Assembly: GCA_012295275.1 (NCBI GenBank)
Contig: CM022671.1
Location: 6,572,001 to 6,636,000 of the forward strand
Length of the DNA stretch: 64,000 nt
Source: Chrysomallon squamiferum
Taxonomy: Eukaryota > Animalia > Mollusca
Direction of reading: 5' to 3'
The position numbers and the translations under genes are program-made. This document shows, piece by piece, positions 51,732-64,000 of this stretch (within the stretch, counting starts at the first letter, position 1; every line of letters starts with the position of its first letter). The notes beneath the pieces were generated by a model. It searched no databases. It had not been told where the DNA came from and saw only the letters and a program-made list of their open reading frames with translations.

Positions 51732-52977
51732 ATGTCGTTCGTTAACACCATCTACAAAGCTGTGATGAGAAGAACATCAACTTTTGCATTTGCAATAGTT
51801 TTGTCCACATTTTTCTTTGAAAGGGCAGTCGATGTAGGAGGCAATATTGCCTTTGAAACTTTGAACAAAGGAGTAAGTTAACATGCATGACCTTGTTATT
51901 TCGTTACACACGTATTCTCGTTTCAAGTTCGTGAAGATGTTATAATTATTACCCTCTTACTTTCGCTTCAAAGTGTCAAATATTTGTCCGTATCAAAATA
52001 AGAATTATATTTTCATGCTGTCTTTAAAATCAGATGCGTGACTATAATACATGAAAATGCCTTTACATGATTTCTAATAAAGCATTGTGAATCATAAGAT
52101 GCATAATTATTAAATTATGATTATTGTGGACACAGATTAAATCCTTAACAATATTAATAATCACCACAATATTCTCTTTCTGTCTCGCTTACTCTATATT
52201 AAAAGTAAGTTACTTCATGGTATGATTGTACAGGGCGCTACAGATTCTTCAAACGTACCGTAATTATTGTTATGATTTTATTTTATTGGCTGTTTAAAAC
52301 GTACAAATAACATAGCGTTATAGTACACGAAATGAATATTTCCACTAAGATACCCCCCAAAAAACCCCCAGAAGTTATGAGTAAACTGGTTGCTCTAACA
52401 GAGATGTGTTAATGATAAATGCTATAAATAAAATTGTGTATCAGTTTCGATAAGTCATACTCACTACTCAGATACTGCGGAAAAACAAGTGCTTGTGCTG
52501 GAGGTTTTTAAGATCATTATATTTTAATTCTTATGGAAATTAAACTATGAATCTTAATCTTGAGGCTTAACATTTCTGATTGATGTATCAGATGCAAAAA
52601 ACTTGTTACACAGCTTGTCACAAATTTATGGTGCATTATTCTTGAGTGAGAACATAAAACAGATTCTGTTTAAAACTGATTATTTTTCAAACAGAGTTGT
52701 ATTAATATTCTAATGTTTTCTTTGTCTACAAAATGAATGAAATTTGAGAAATAAAAATTAAGATGTGAATCCTCAGAATGATGGTGACACACTGTTATTA
52801 TTTTTAGTTAATATGTTGCCACAAATTTTCTCAATATAAATTCTGATATATTAACATTTTATTAAGCAGCAGACTCGGTTTTATGGCTGAGATGAATGAT
52901 CTTAAACTGATTTTTTGTTTTGTTTTCAGAAACTGTACAAAGATATGGTTGAACAGAGAGCAAAGCTGCAGTCATGA
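51732..52977 (+). CDS. UQCR10: Cytochrome b-c1 complex subunit 9 (QCR9), 62 aa, 2 exons; absent from the ORF track
   Basis: Exon 51732-51872 reads MSFVNTIYKAVMRRTSTFAFAIVLSTFFFERAVDVGGNIAFETLNKG|gtaagt. Exon 52930-52977 reads ttcag|KLYKDMVEQRAKLQS*. The RRTSTF..FFERA.D..N.GKL.KD signature is present. Confidence 0.95.
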
Positions 52978-54132
52978 TGGCCAAGTTTTAGACTTTGTGA
53001 GAGAAGAATGACAATAAAACATTTACTAATTATGGGACACCAAAATTTAAATTGATTGAACACTTGTGATGTTTTTGCTGACATCTCATTTTGTAATGTA
53101 TCTAGAAGCGAGTGCTGTTGTGATAACATAAATATCTTACAACAAACATTTTGTTTTTCCTTTTTATTGTACAGAATTTTATTACTTTTCATGATAAAAG
53201 TTGTGGTATTTTTTTGTAATGTTTAAGTAAAACAAGTTGGGTGTTTTAGTAGTATGGCAAGCTAGTAACTGCATTCTTAAGAGGTGTGTACTGTAATGAA
53301 TCGAGATACATTTGTAAACATTAATACAGAGGTCTTGATATGTCAGGGTGCTAAAAATAGATATCTGTTGATTTTACAAATGGTAAGATTCATATTTTTG
53401 AAGAAAGGAAAAAAACGTATAAATGGTTCATTTAATGAAAATAGTCACATAGCTTTATTGCTGCAGTAAAAATGTTATACACTGACAACAAACTCAAAAC
53501 AGTTGCAATTAATTTTTGTCATCTTTTTTATTTACAAAGTCTATATATTCAGATAGATGTAAAATGTCAAGGAATGGAATTCCAACAACCTGAATAATTA
53601 GTCTTAGAAGCTAATAATACGGGATTTCCAATTATAACTTTTCAAAAAGAATTATGAACTGAGTCTGGTCTTAAGTATCTGCATTTTAAAATATATTAAA
53701 CTCACAATTTTGATGCAAATAAAAAAACAAAGCAGTATAGAGTATTAATCTTTTATTTTCATATAAAATTTTGTGATTTAACAATTGAAAATAAGATTTT
53801 CTGAGAGATAACAACCTGTTGGTGTTCACCGGCATTTGATTTTCATTTGATCTGAAAACAATTTGTATTTCTTTACACACTGAACTGATATTTTAACAGA
53901 GTGAGATCACATTACACAGTATGGTTTATCATTCAGCTGACAGCACAACTAACACAACCAAGAGAAATGAGCTAATTTAGTACATAGTTACTTTGACAGG
54001 CCGTTAAAATATGGAGTCAGTTCTGTAGTATGGTACTGAAATAATTATAAATAATTTATGACATATATTAACCAAATAACATTTTATTATATACTTATAA
54101 AACACTATTATTTGTAACATCACTCAAAGCAA

Positions 54133-54171
<39 letters not shown>

Positions 54172-56564
54172 TGTAGAATGTAACTAATTTAAACTGTCAT
54201 GAAAAAGAATCTCATTTTCTGGAGATGTTGTGTACAACTTTGGTGTGAAGGTCACACAGAACCAGTGTGTCTAGGGTCATTTCCCAGTATCCCAGGACAA
54301 GTTTGTCAAAGGTCACGTTACTGTTTTTCTCTTGTAAAAGATTACTTACTGTCTGTCAACAAGACTAACACAACTGTGGCAATGATTATCAAACACAACA
54401 ACAGTTCTCAGAACAGGTTTTTAAACATTCATTGATTCTTTTATTGACAGTACAGGTTGAGATGTTACTTCTATCAAGATTTTTCTTTTCTCTGCATTTT
54501 CAGAATAACTATACAGTTATTTTTGTCATTATTTTGATGAAAAGAGACGGAGAGAAAAATATATTGGGATCACAAAAATTTCCTTTCTGGTAACAAGTCC
54601 AAAATGGAACCCAAAAATCATGAATATTATTAATAATGAAATGTATATATCTATACACACACCAAATTTCTGATTAAATAAGAAAAATGGAATCACTTCA
54701 CAAATATTTATAAAACTATAACAAACAAACGTATAACAATAAAATGCTCAGAGCTAGCACAAGAGTTCAAAACAAACTAGACATTTTTTGAATTTGCTTT
54801 CATTTTTCATGTTAGGTGTCTGTGTATGTATACATCTGTATTTTTTGTATACATGCAGGTACATTCAAAAGTTTTAGTGAGATAACAAATATCCAGTTAG
54901 CACTGTCATTTTGTGCTAGCTCTGAATATATGTAATAAAAAATAAAACAGATTCAAAATTGTAAATAAACACACAAAATGAAATAAAACGGTTTCAAATG
55001 TCATGTAAAATCAAATCACATTATTTCTGAATTTTTTTGCATCTATAATAAAATACTGACTACAGGTTATTAAATTAGATACATATTTTAATACCACTCT
55101 GCAATGTAAGTTTAGCCAAAAAGCTGAAGATGCTTTTATGTTCATTAAAACAATAATATTACTAATATAATTACGTATGCAGTATTTGAAGCACAAGCAT
55201 GTATCAAAAATAAATTGGACCTTGGACTAGTAAACTAATTTTCTATTTGTTTTGCTGTTTTTCCATTCACATTAAGGCTTGAAAATATGTAACACATCAT
55301 TTTGTGAATAGAATTGTAGTATTAAAAAGTCAAATCAAGACTATGTTCTTAACAACTGTACAGTGCAATTTCTGTGTTGTGTAGTTTTAAAGTGACATGT
55401 ACTTTCACCTACTTTTATAAAACTTTTGTAACTGCCAGAATAATGAAAGAAATATCTGACATATATTTATGCATTGTTAATTTAGAGAATTAGTAAGATA
55501 CAACAGATTTGATTAATTATAACTAACTGAAAATTATCACTTGTTCTTTTTTTTTCAAAAAAACAGAACAATACAATTTTCAATTTGCTGATACATGATT
55601 TGATCATGTGGTATATAAAAAAATATTTAATATATATTTCATAATGTTGCATATAAATTTAAATCATGTAAATGTCATAGAATTTTAATAATCTTCCAAG
55701 TATATAATTATTATCATATATATCCTCCTCACCTTGCAGTCATAACTTGCTGTAATAAATTAATAAGTTAAACAAAACTGAATATGTCTATATGTACACA
55801 CACCCACACACACACTATGTTGTTTGGCACTTTTATGTCAACAACAAAACAGATAAATCTGTAACAGTATTATAGAATTTTAAACAAATTTAATATTTAT
55901 CACACAAATAAAGATAATTATAGTAAAATCTGTAGACTGTTTGCACAAAATGTAAAATTTTGTAAATAATTTAGCAACACGTTATATTCATGAGAATATT
56001 AACTAAGAACATAAATATTTAAATATAAAAAATTATACCCTGTTGTAGTCAGGAACCTAATTCAGGAAAGCAAATGGTTATTTCTGCTATCATGGCTCAG
56101 CCTCTCTATAACACAAATGCAAATGTATTATATATTAATAACATAAAATCAAAACAAATGTACAATACTGGTTAATAAATAATTTGTTCTTTTGAAAACT
56201 ATATGCAAGTTACATTCTGCATAAAAAGAATTCTGTTCGTATAATAAATATATACAGATAATTATATCTTTGTTTCATCTTCAGAAACTTAAATAACAAA
56301 TAAAAAGGTCCCTAATTAAAAATGTATGAAAAGTTCAAAAATGACAATAAAAAATATTACAGGTTTCAAATTAAATTATTTTGATATATATTTGATTTCT
56401 AAATATTGAGATCACAAAAATTCACACGAATCTTTGTGTCATGTCACAACCTTCAAGGAGACATGATTAGCTAAAAACCCACAACTGCTATTACAAAAAC
56501 AGACTGCACTAAAATACATCTGTCTTTGTTTTTTTTTGTTTTTTTGTAGTAACTACTTAATTAT

Positions 56565-59500
56565 TTACGAAGACATTTTAACACCAGCATTTGGGGGAAT
56601 GTGGTCCTGAGGATTGTAAAACATCTGCCCGGTCTTCACTCGTCGCTTTAGTTCTTGCCACAAAAGTTGTTTTTCTTTCTGTACTTTTTTCAGCAGTCCT
56701 CGATTCTCCAGTGCCCTGCGAGACAGATAGGGCAAAACCTCCTCCACAGGACCAAACGGAACATACTTGTACACGGAGTAACCTGCCTGGCCTGTAACAA
56801 CATACAACTGCAGTGACAACAATTCACATTATCTTTACTGTTTATCACCTATAAAATGTTCAATAATTGTGAAAATTTCACCCATTTGATTTTCATTTTG
56901 TGTTTTTAATGTCACTTTTCTGACCTATTATTTTTGCACCAGCTTAATAATCTTTTTTTTTTACAACAAACAAATGAGACTACTATAGTGAAAATGTACC
57001 GAATCTTTCCAAATAAGTATCAGTGTGTTATTTTAAACCTACTGGTAATTACTGTTTTAGCAGGAACACAAGCAAAGTGTACAAATAATTCATAGTTTTT
57101 ATATATTTTCATAATACTACACTATTGAGTGCACACACAGACATACATACTAATTTCTCAAATGAACAAGAAATTGGTGTTTAGAGGTATGCACAATAGT
57201 TATATAAATTCTAAAGATCTTAATTAAAATGAATTATCATAAATAGTAAAAAAACATTTAAAAATTAAGTGTAAACAGTATTTTGCTTTGTATTTTATAT
57301 AATAAAATGTATTTACCCAGTGGAAAGCTGATCTGGTCACACATTCCTAATAACTGACCAAAACAAATGAGTCTGTCTTCAGGTCGAATGTTATATTCCT
57401 TCATCCTATATTTACAGAGTTAATCTCATCATTTACAGTTAAATAACAAATAAATAAATCAAAATAAAAAAAATTGCACTACATATGTCAAATTATTGTA
57501 ACTCACTATTAAATAAATATAATTAATAATAATTTTAAGAAAGAATTAGTTACAAAATGTTCACATGTAAATTAGATATTTATTTTTAAATTTTCTTTTT
57601 TTATTATTTTTCTGCACGAGAAACATTATTTGGAAATTATGAAACATTTACCATTTAGAAAAAAAGATTTAATTGTCTTTACACCAAAGCAATAATCTAT
57701 GTTTCCATATCAAAAAGGAAAGTTTCAGACTTTCACACAGACTGAACAAAAAGAAGATAATCTTACTTTTCTACAGTAAAGCGAACTGTATCCTCATTGT
57801 GACTTGCAATCATGACAGCTATTTTCCCTCGCTCTCGAATATTAATCTGCTTCATCACCTCTTCAAGAACTCGGTTGTACATGTTTGTTGTTTCTTCAAA
57901 CGAAGCATTGATAGGATCTTCATATCCTAAAGTCTGCGCTCTGTCTCGTTCCTGTAGTAGAAAACAACCCAAAAAACTGTTCTGTTATAAAGTAAATCAC
58001 ATTCTACTTGTTCTATTTATTTGATATTTTGATAAATTTAAGTCTTATGTTTCAGTAAATTTTGAAATTGGTTTTTGCGCAAAGAACATATTTATATTCA
58101 AATACAAAGTGCTGTCCATTCAGTAAGTAAGAAATTTAAATCTGAATTCAGTATCTTCTGGTAATTAAAACATAAAATAAACAAAACAAATATATACAAT
58201 TATTATCTTTTCATGTCTGAAAACTAACACAATTTGACCTCAAGATATATAAGAAATGTATAACAGATTCCTTATTTCAAACAATTATATAATTTTTGCA
58301 TTTACTATTACATGATTAAAAACAATAATAATAACTGTATTTATCACATAATAAACAGTACTCATACAAGTAATATGTTTGCATAGATATAATAATTGAA
58401 TAATTGTGAGCAAACTAGCTTTAAAACTGTTAGATGTAGAATATTTAAAAATAATGTTTATTTACCTGCTCCATATAAGCCCCTCTGACAAGTTTAGCAC
58501 CAAAGTAAAAGTTTTCTCTCTTTGCCAGATCCATGTCAACTATCATGTTGTTATATGCTTGCTGCACACAAATACATCATTAAAACAATTAAATATATAT
58601 CTGTAAAACAGCAGGAAACATAAAAACACCTGTTACACTTCTGATCAAAATTTAAACAGATACTTTAAATGAAAATAAATAATAGTTTTATAAAATACTT
58701 TTAAATATCAATGGTAATAGTATTTACTTTTAATTAACACAAGTAGGTAATAGCTAAATATTTACTTTTGAATAAAACAGGTATTAACTTTGTAGATAAT
58801 GAATACTATTTAATTTTAATTAACACTCGAGGTTTATATTTACTTTTAATAAATACTGGTAGGTAATAGTTAAATATTATTTACTTTTGAATAAAACAGG
58901 CAGGTAATAGTTGAAGATTATTTACTTTCAAGTAACACTGGTAGGTATTGAACACCACTGCTCTGTCTTTGTTGAATTTTCTCATCATCTCCATGGTGAA
59001 GCGACTGATTGCTGGTTGGAAGTACGTCTGTTCTGCATCTACCATGATCCTCACACCTTTCTGTGCTGCGTACTGAAAACATCAAATTATTACAATTATC
59101 ATTTACCTCTTTTCTATGTAGAATACTCAAACAACCAAATTAATGTAAAAATAATTTTTATAATTTTTTTTTTTTTTTTAATGAATTAAAGGAATGTTCA
59201 CGTGTATCCATAAAAATTCTCTCCCAACACTTTAGTGAATTTGTTTTCTAAAAGATATTCATTTGGTATATGGTTTTTAAATCATCATTTCTCTTTATAA
59301 GTGTTCAGATTGACATTATAAATCAGAAACTGATCACATATATACATATAATAAACATTAAAAAAATATAAAATGTCCACTTTACTAAAAAGAAATATAT
59401 ATACTTTTAAAATCTATCAGAGAAAGAATAATTAATTATAAAATAACACACAAACAGTAATAGTTTAAAATAAGAAGTCAGGTAATTAAAACAAACTAAA

Positions 59501-62500
59501 ATAAACTGATACCTGAATACATAAAAACACAGGTAGACATAATGATAATACAATATAGGAGTAATCTTCACTGGAAAAGATAAGCAACTAATCTATGAAA
59601 TATCAACTCTTAACATCATCGTTTTACTGTAAGAAGATTACATGTACAGGATATAATTATGAATATTGTATTAGTTATCTAGTCATAGGTGTTAGTATTT
59701 TCAAGCAAACTATGTACTACAGGAAAGCAGCTAGAAAGAGAAGATTGATCCATGTATTTATATGCTGTTAAAGTTTACCTTTAATGATGCAAACAAATAT
59801 ATTCTAGTGCACAACAAAGATGTAAGAAGTCAGTAATGAATGATGATAAAGAAATACTTTACAGGGTTGTAGATAGATAGATTCAGGTCTTTTAAATCAT
59901 TCAATGTATTTATTTAATCAAATTAATATTTATAAAATATATATTTAAAGATGATTTAAAACTCAAGACATCTGATGTAAAAATGCTCTATGTTCTGATG
60001 AAGTAAATGTATTTAAAAAAATAATAATAATAATAAAATAAAAATAATTAAAAACTACTGATTTAAATAACATTTAAATTAGTGAACCCATCTTTATAAA
60101 ATACAATTCTGTTCATAACATCACACTTACACTTTAACAAAAAAAGAAAATTTACTTGAATGCACTGGTATATATAAAATTTATTTCAGCTATATCTTTA
60201 CACCATCAGAGGTACACTTTACTGCCAAAGACAAAGAGTTGAGGTTGTAATAAGAGGTGATATTGTGGGTTTTTAAAAACCTTCTTTGATGAGTCACCTG
60301 TTATCTGATTCTTCATGTGTATGTTCCACTATTTCTGAGAAAGTCGTTCTGTTTGAAATAGAATTCACTGGAAATGACAGGACTTTCATGTTCATGCTTT
60401 CCAGATTGATATTTTTAAATTAAAAATCTGAGAAATTTTCTAAACAACTTAAGACTGGTTATTATTAAATAAATAAATAAAATCACTATGGAATTGATTA
60501 AGTGGTAGTGACAGCAAAATATGACAGCTCATTAGTTTTACTACTGGTTATTATTTGTTAGAAATGTGTGTCACTTTTATGTTGTCATTAAAATCAAATT
60601 AATGTATTAATTGTTATTAAACAGCCACAGATATTTTTGTTTGTTATTTTTTTTTTTTTTATTCCCATTAGATTTAATTAATTAATATCAGAATTTAGGT
60701 GTTTTTATTTCCTATTATTCTATTTATGTTGTGATTACCCAAAATCCGTTAAATTTTCTTATTATTATTTCAGTTATTAACTTTCATATTTTACAAGTGT
60801 TTAATTATATAAATATTGAATTGTAAGTACAGGTATATGTGAAACAACAAGATGGCTTTATACTAAAAATTTGTTACAAACCTTCACCACTTTGTTCACC
60901 CTGTGCAACATGTTTTTCATTTGTTCTTCTTCATTATGTGACAGTGTTGTCACTAAGGGCTGCAGTTCTCCTGTCTATAACAAAATAAAATAACAATCTG
61001 TGCATATCTATAAATATCTGTTTAAATTATAAAATACATTTTATGTATTAATACATATAAAAAAAAAATAAAATAAAATAAACAAATAATCTAAAATAAA
61101 ATTTAATAAAAATTATTTAAAAGATTATACATAAATAACTAACAATTGTATGTCAAGGAAAGATAAATATTTCACTTTTACTTTTGAGAGTAAACTATTT
61201 AAAAAAAAAAAAAATAATATCTGATGTATGTAACAAAGTTTAAACAACATAAAAAAAGAAATATCAACAAACCTTCATGTTTGGAACTGTAAACAGCTTG
61301 CACAGACTCATGTTCACCTCTAACAGGTTATCCCAATCTAGAAGATCCACTTCTCTGTAACATTAACAAACAGTGACACTTCTTTAAAAATACCAGCTTT
61401 ATACAAGTCTTGATAAATAATCATTTGTTCTTTAGTATCTCATTATAGCTATATTTTTTTTAAAATGAATTTAGAAACTCTGTAACATGCAGAAAGTTCC
61501 TGATTGTTTAAATATAAAAATGTGGTAATAGAAAAGATTAGAAAGGTTAAAAACCAAATTTTACATTATTTAGTAATACTTTTAACTATAAAAATAAATA
61601 ATACAAAATAAATGTCTCTGTCAAAGATCTAAGAGTTACTCAAATATATTCTTCTTCTTTAACTTTTATATATTTTTACCTTATTTCATTTTACTTCATT
61701 CTTTTTATTTTAATGAATAATCGTTACCCAAACACGTAAGAGAAACAGAAATATCAATCAGGTGTAATGAAAATAAATATATTAAAAAGATATAATAAAA
61801 GATAATAATAATAACTGTAAAATAGTAAATTACCCATCCTGGGTTACATCGAGCAATGAAAACCATTTCTTTGATTCATCTCGACTGATAGGAACACCAA
61901 GATTTTTCAGTTTGTTCTGAAAATCTTTCTCACGAAATCGTCTCATAAATATTTCATTATCTTGACCAGCAAAACATCAAAAAAGTTTCTTAAAGAAACC
62001 AGAACTTCTGACATCTGAAGCTGAAAGTAGTAAATTATATTAATAAATAAAACTACGTTTTAAAACTACTAGTGTTACTAGTATTGTTTTTTTTTTTAAT
62101 GTAAAATAATTCATATATCAATAAAAACAAAAATTTTGTAAAATTTGATACCATTAAATAAGCATTTAAAAAATATATTAAAATACATAATAAAAAAACA
62201 GAACCCAGTATTAAATGTAGATCTTTTTTTTTTTATGACAGTGAATGAAAAACACTGACTGTTCCCATATCTGTTTGAATATAACTTTTTGTTGTTCTTG
62301 TATTTCTTATAATTAAGGATTATAATTAATAAAACAAATTTATATTTTACAATACCAGAAACTGAGGCCTTCCCAGTGCAGTTAACTTAATGGCTGCAAA
62401 TCCAGATTTTTCTGTGGAATCTAAAGTACAAATGTTTATTAAATATAAATATGGTGTTTTAAATTAATTATCAAGATTTTACAGCACATTTCTTTAACAA

Positions 62501-62953
62501 AACAATTTCAGAAGCTGAAACAACCTATCTAGAAAACTTTATAACATTTACAAATCTAACATTTTTTTTTTTTTTTTTTTTTTATATCATCCTCATCAAT
62601 CAGTGGATTTTTACTAAAGTATTTTTTTTTTACATACATGTTTTAGACTAAAAATAATTTTGTATAATACATTTATGAGCTAAGATCATAATAAACTGTG
62701 TCAATTAACATGTTAAAATTCTGAATATTCAATAACATTAGTATTATGCTTTTCCTATTTTAGATTTTTTCCCATAAGGATGGTGTCTACAGTGGGTGTA
62801 ACATACCTGTGACAGCATCAATACAGCTAAAAATAATCTGCATATTTTTATCACACTGTGCTTCATCTTCATAAAAGTAGGTCCTTGCACTCACAACTTT
62901 TTCTCGTCGATCACCAAACTCTTCATGAGCTCGGAATCGTCCAACTGGATCAG
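56565..62953 (-). CDS. PRODH: Proline dehydrogenase 1, mitochondrial; last 10 exons (5' exons lie beyond the right edge)
   Basis: Exons 62953-62807, 62420-62356, 62020-61834, 61354-61273, 60974-60882, 59072-58926, 58561-58466, 57951-57767, 57405-57317 and 56791-56565. Motifs: [73 protein letters not shown] and [23 protein letters not shown]. There is one frame break at ~61975. Confidence 0.96.
58712..58926. repeat. Degenerate ~35-40 bp intronic tandem repeat in PRODH
   Basis: Recurring ggtaatag..atatttactttt[g]aataaaacagg segments. Confidence 0.6.
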
Positions 62954-62961
62954 CTGAAAAA

Positions 62962-62996
<35 letters not shown>

Positions 62997-63397
62997 ATTA
63001 TTACATTTAAAAAAATATATATACCTACTTAAATAACATAATTAATAAATAATTAAAAAGTTACATTACAAAACAAAAATGTAAATGTTACTATTAGAAA
63101 AAAATATATACATTATGAGAATTAATTTACAGATATAATATTACAAAATAAACTTACAGATATATTACTTGATTTAAACATAATATTTTTAGTAAATTTC
63201 TTTTAAATTTTTATATATATATATATATATAAATGAATATCTAACCAAGATTTGGACACAAAAATTAATACACATAATACTATGATGTAGAATTTTTGAA
63301 AATTAGAATGAAATAAATACTTTTTCATTTAACCAAAAAAAAAAAATAATAATTATATTAAAAAAATATATATATTTGCTTGACAGTTACAAAATGT

Positions 63398-63942
63398 CTG
63401 TATTAAAAGAAAAAAGATGCACTTGTATCTAAATTGTTTCCAGTAAAAATAAAAACATTATAAATATCAGCAAGATTAATGTAGAAAATCTTATAAATAA
63501 GCCACCTAATTTAAAAACTAAATATTTATAAGCTGAAGCTTTTTAAAAAGTGTACAAAGTGACAAAAACCCAGCTTCACATTGATGAATTTTTCAGTCTG
63601 GGTTTTTTAAAAATTAAAATGTGATGTAAAGGCAATAATAATAATTATAAAATAAATTTAAAAATATATATAAAAGTTAGAATAATAGTAATAATAATAA
63701 AAATAATAATACTAAAAAATAAAAATAAAATCTAATCATATGTATTAAAAGAAAAAAATGCACCTGTATCTAAGTTGTTTCCAGTACAAAATAAAACCAT
63801 TAAAAATACCAGCAAGATTAATGTAGAAAATCTTATAAATAAGCTGCCTAATTTAAAAACTAAATATTTATAAACTGAAGCTTTTTTAAAAGTGTACAAA
63901 ATGACAAAAACCCAGCTTCACATTGCTGAATTTTTCTGTCTT
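63398..63942. repeat. Direct duplication of ~200 bp (about 63399-63600 and 63741-63941) in a PRODH intron
   Basis: tgtattaaaagaaaaaa..cagcaagattaatgtagaaaatcttataaataagc..gacaaaaacccagcttcacattg occurs twice with scattered substitutions. Confidence 0.92.
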
Positions 63943-64000
63943 TTAAAGATAGGTCTGTTAAATAGAACATTTGCTTAAATCAGATTATTAATGTTCCAAA

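Noticed and set aside
7014-62953. Functional cluster of mitochondrial genes (CYP44, UQCR10, PRODH)
   Set aside because: They are interspersed with unrelated genes, and nothing in the sequence shows co-regulation.

Overview
AT-rich, intron-rich animal genomic DNA, probably molluscan (inferred from a CYP44-type P450 and SINE fragments resembling the Meta/MESC core). It is not prokaryotic, and most short ORFs in the track are noise. Manual exon assembly gives seven genes: the 5' end of an N-myristoylated protein gene (-), a CYP44-like mitochondrial-clan P450 (-), ZDHHC5/8 palmitoyltransferase (+), an SLC43A3-like transporter (+), a ~1,670-aa ANKRD31-like protein (+), UQCR10 (+) and the 3' part of PRODH (-). 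There is also an internally deleted Tigger transposon, SINE remnants and several minisatellites. The most interesting object is the ANKRD31-like gene. It has the ANKRD31 coiled coil, a RAMA domain and a REC114-binding-like tail, shows no ankyrin repeats, and carries a BRCA2-type FVPPFK motif. Five genes have 1-2 nt lesions (nine frame breaks and one missing splice AG) with no nonsense substitutions seen. Assembly indel error is the most likely cause, but reads are needed to settle it. Splicing oddities include one U12-type intron and two GC-AG introns. All homology calls are from memory of the protein families, not from database searches.
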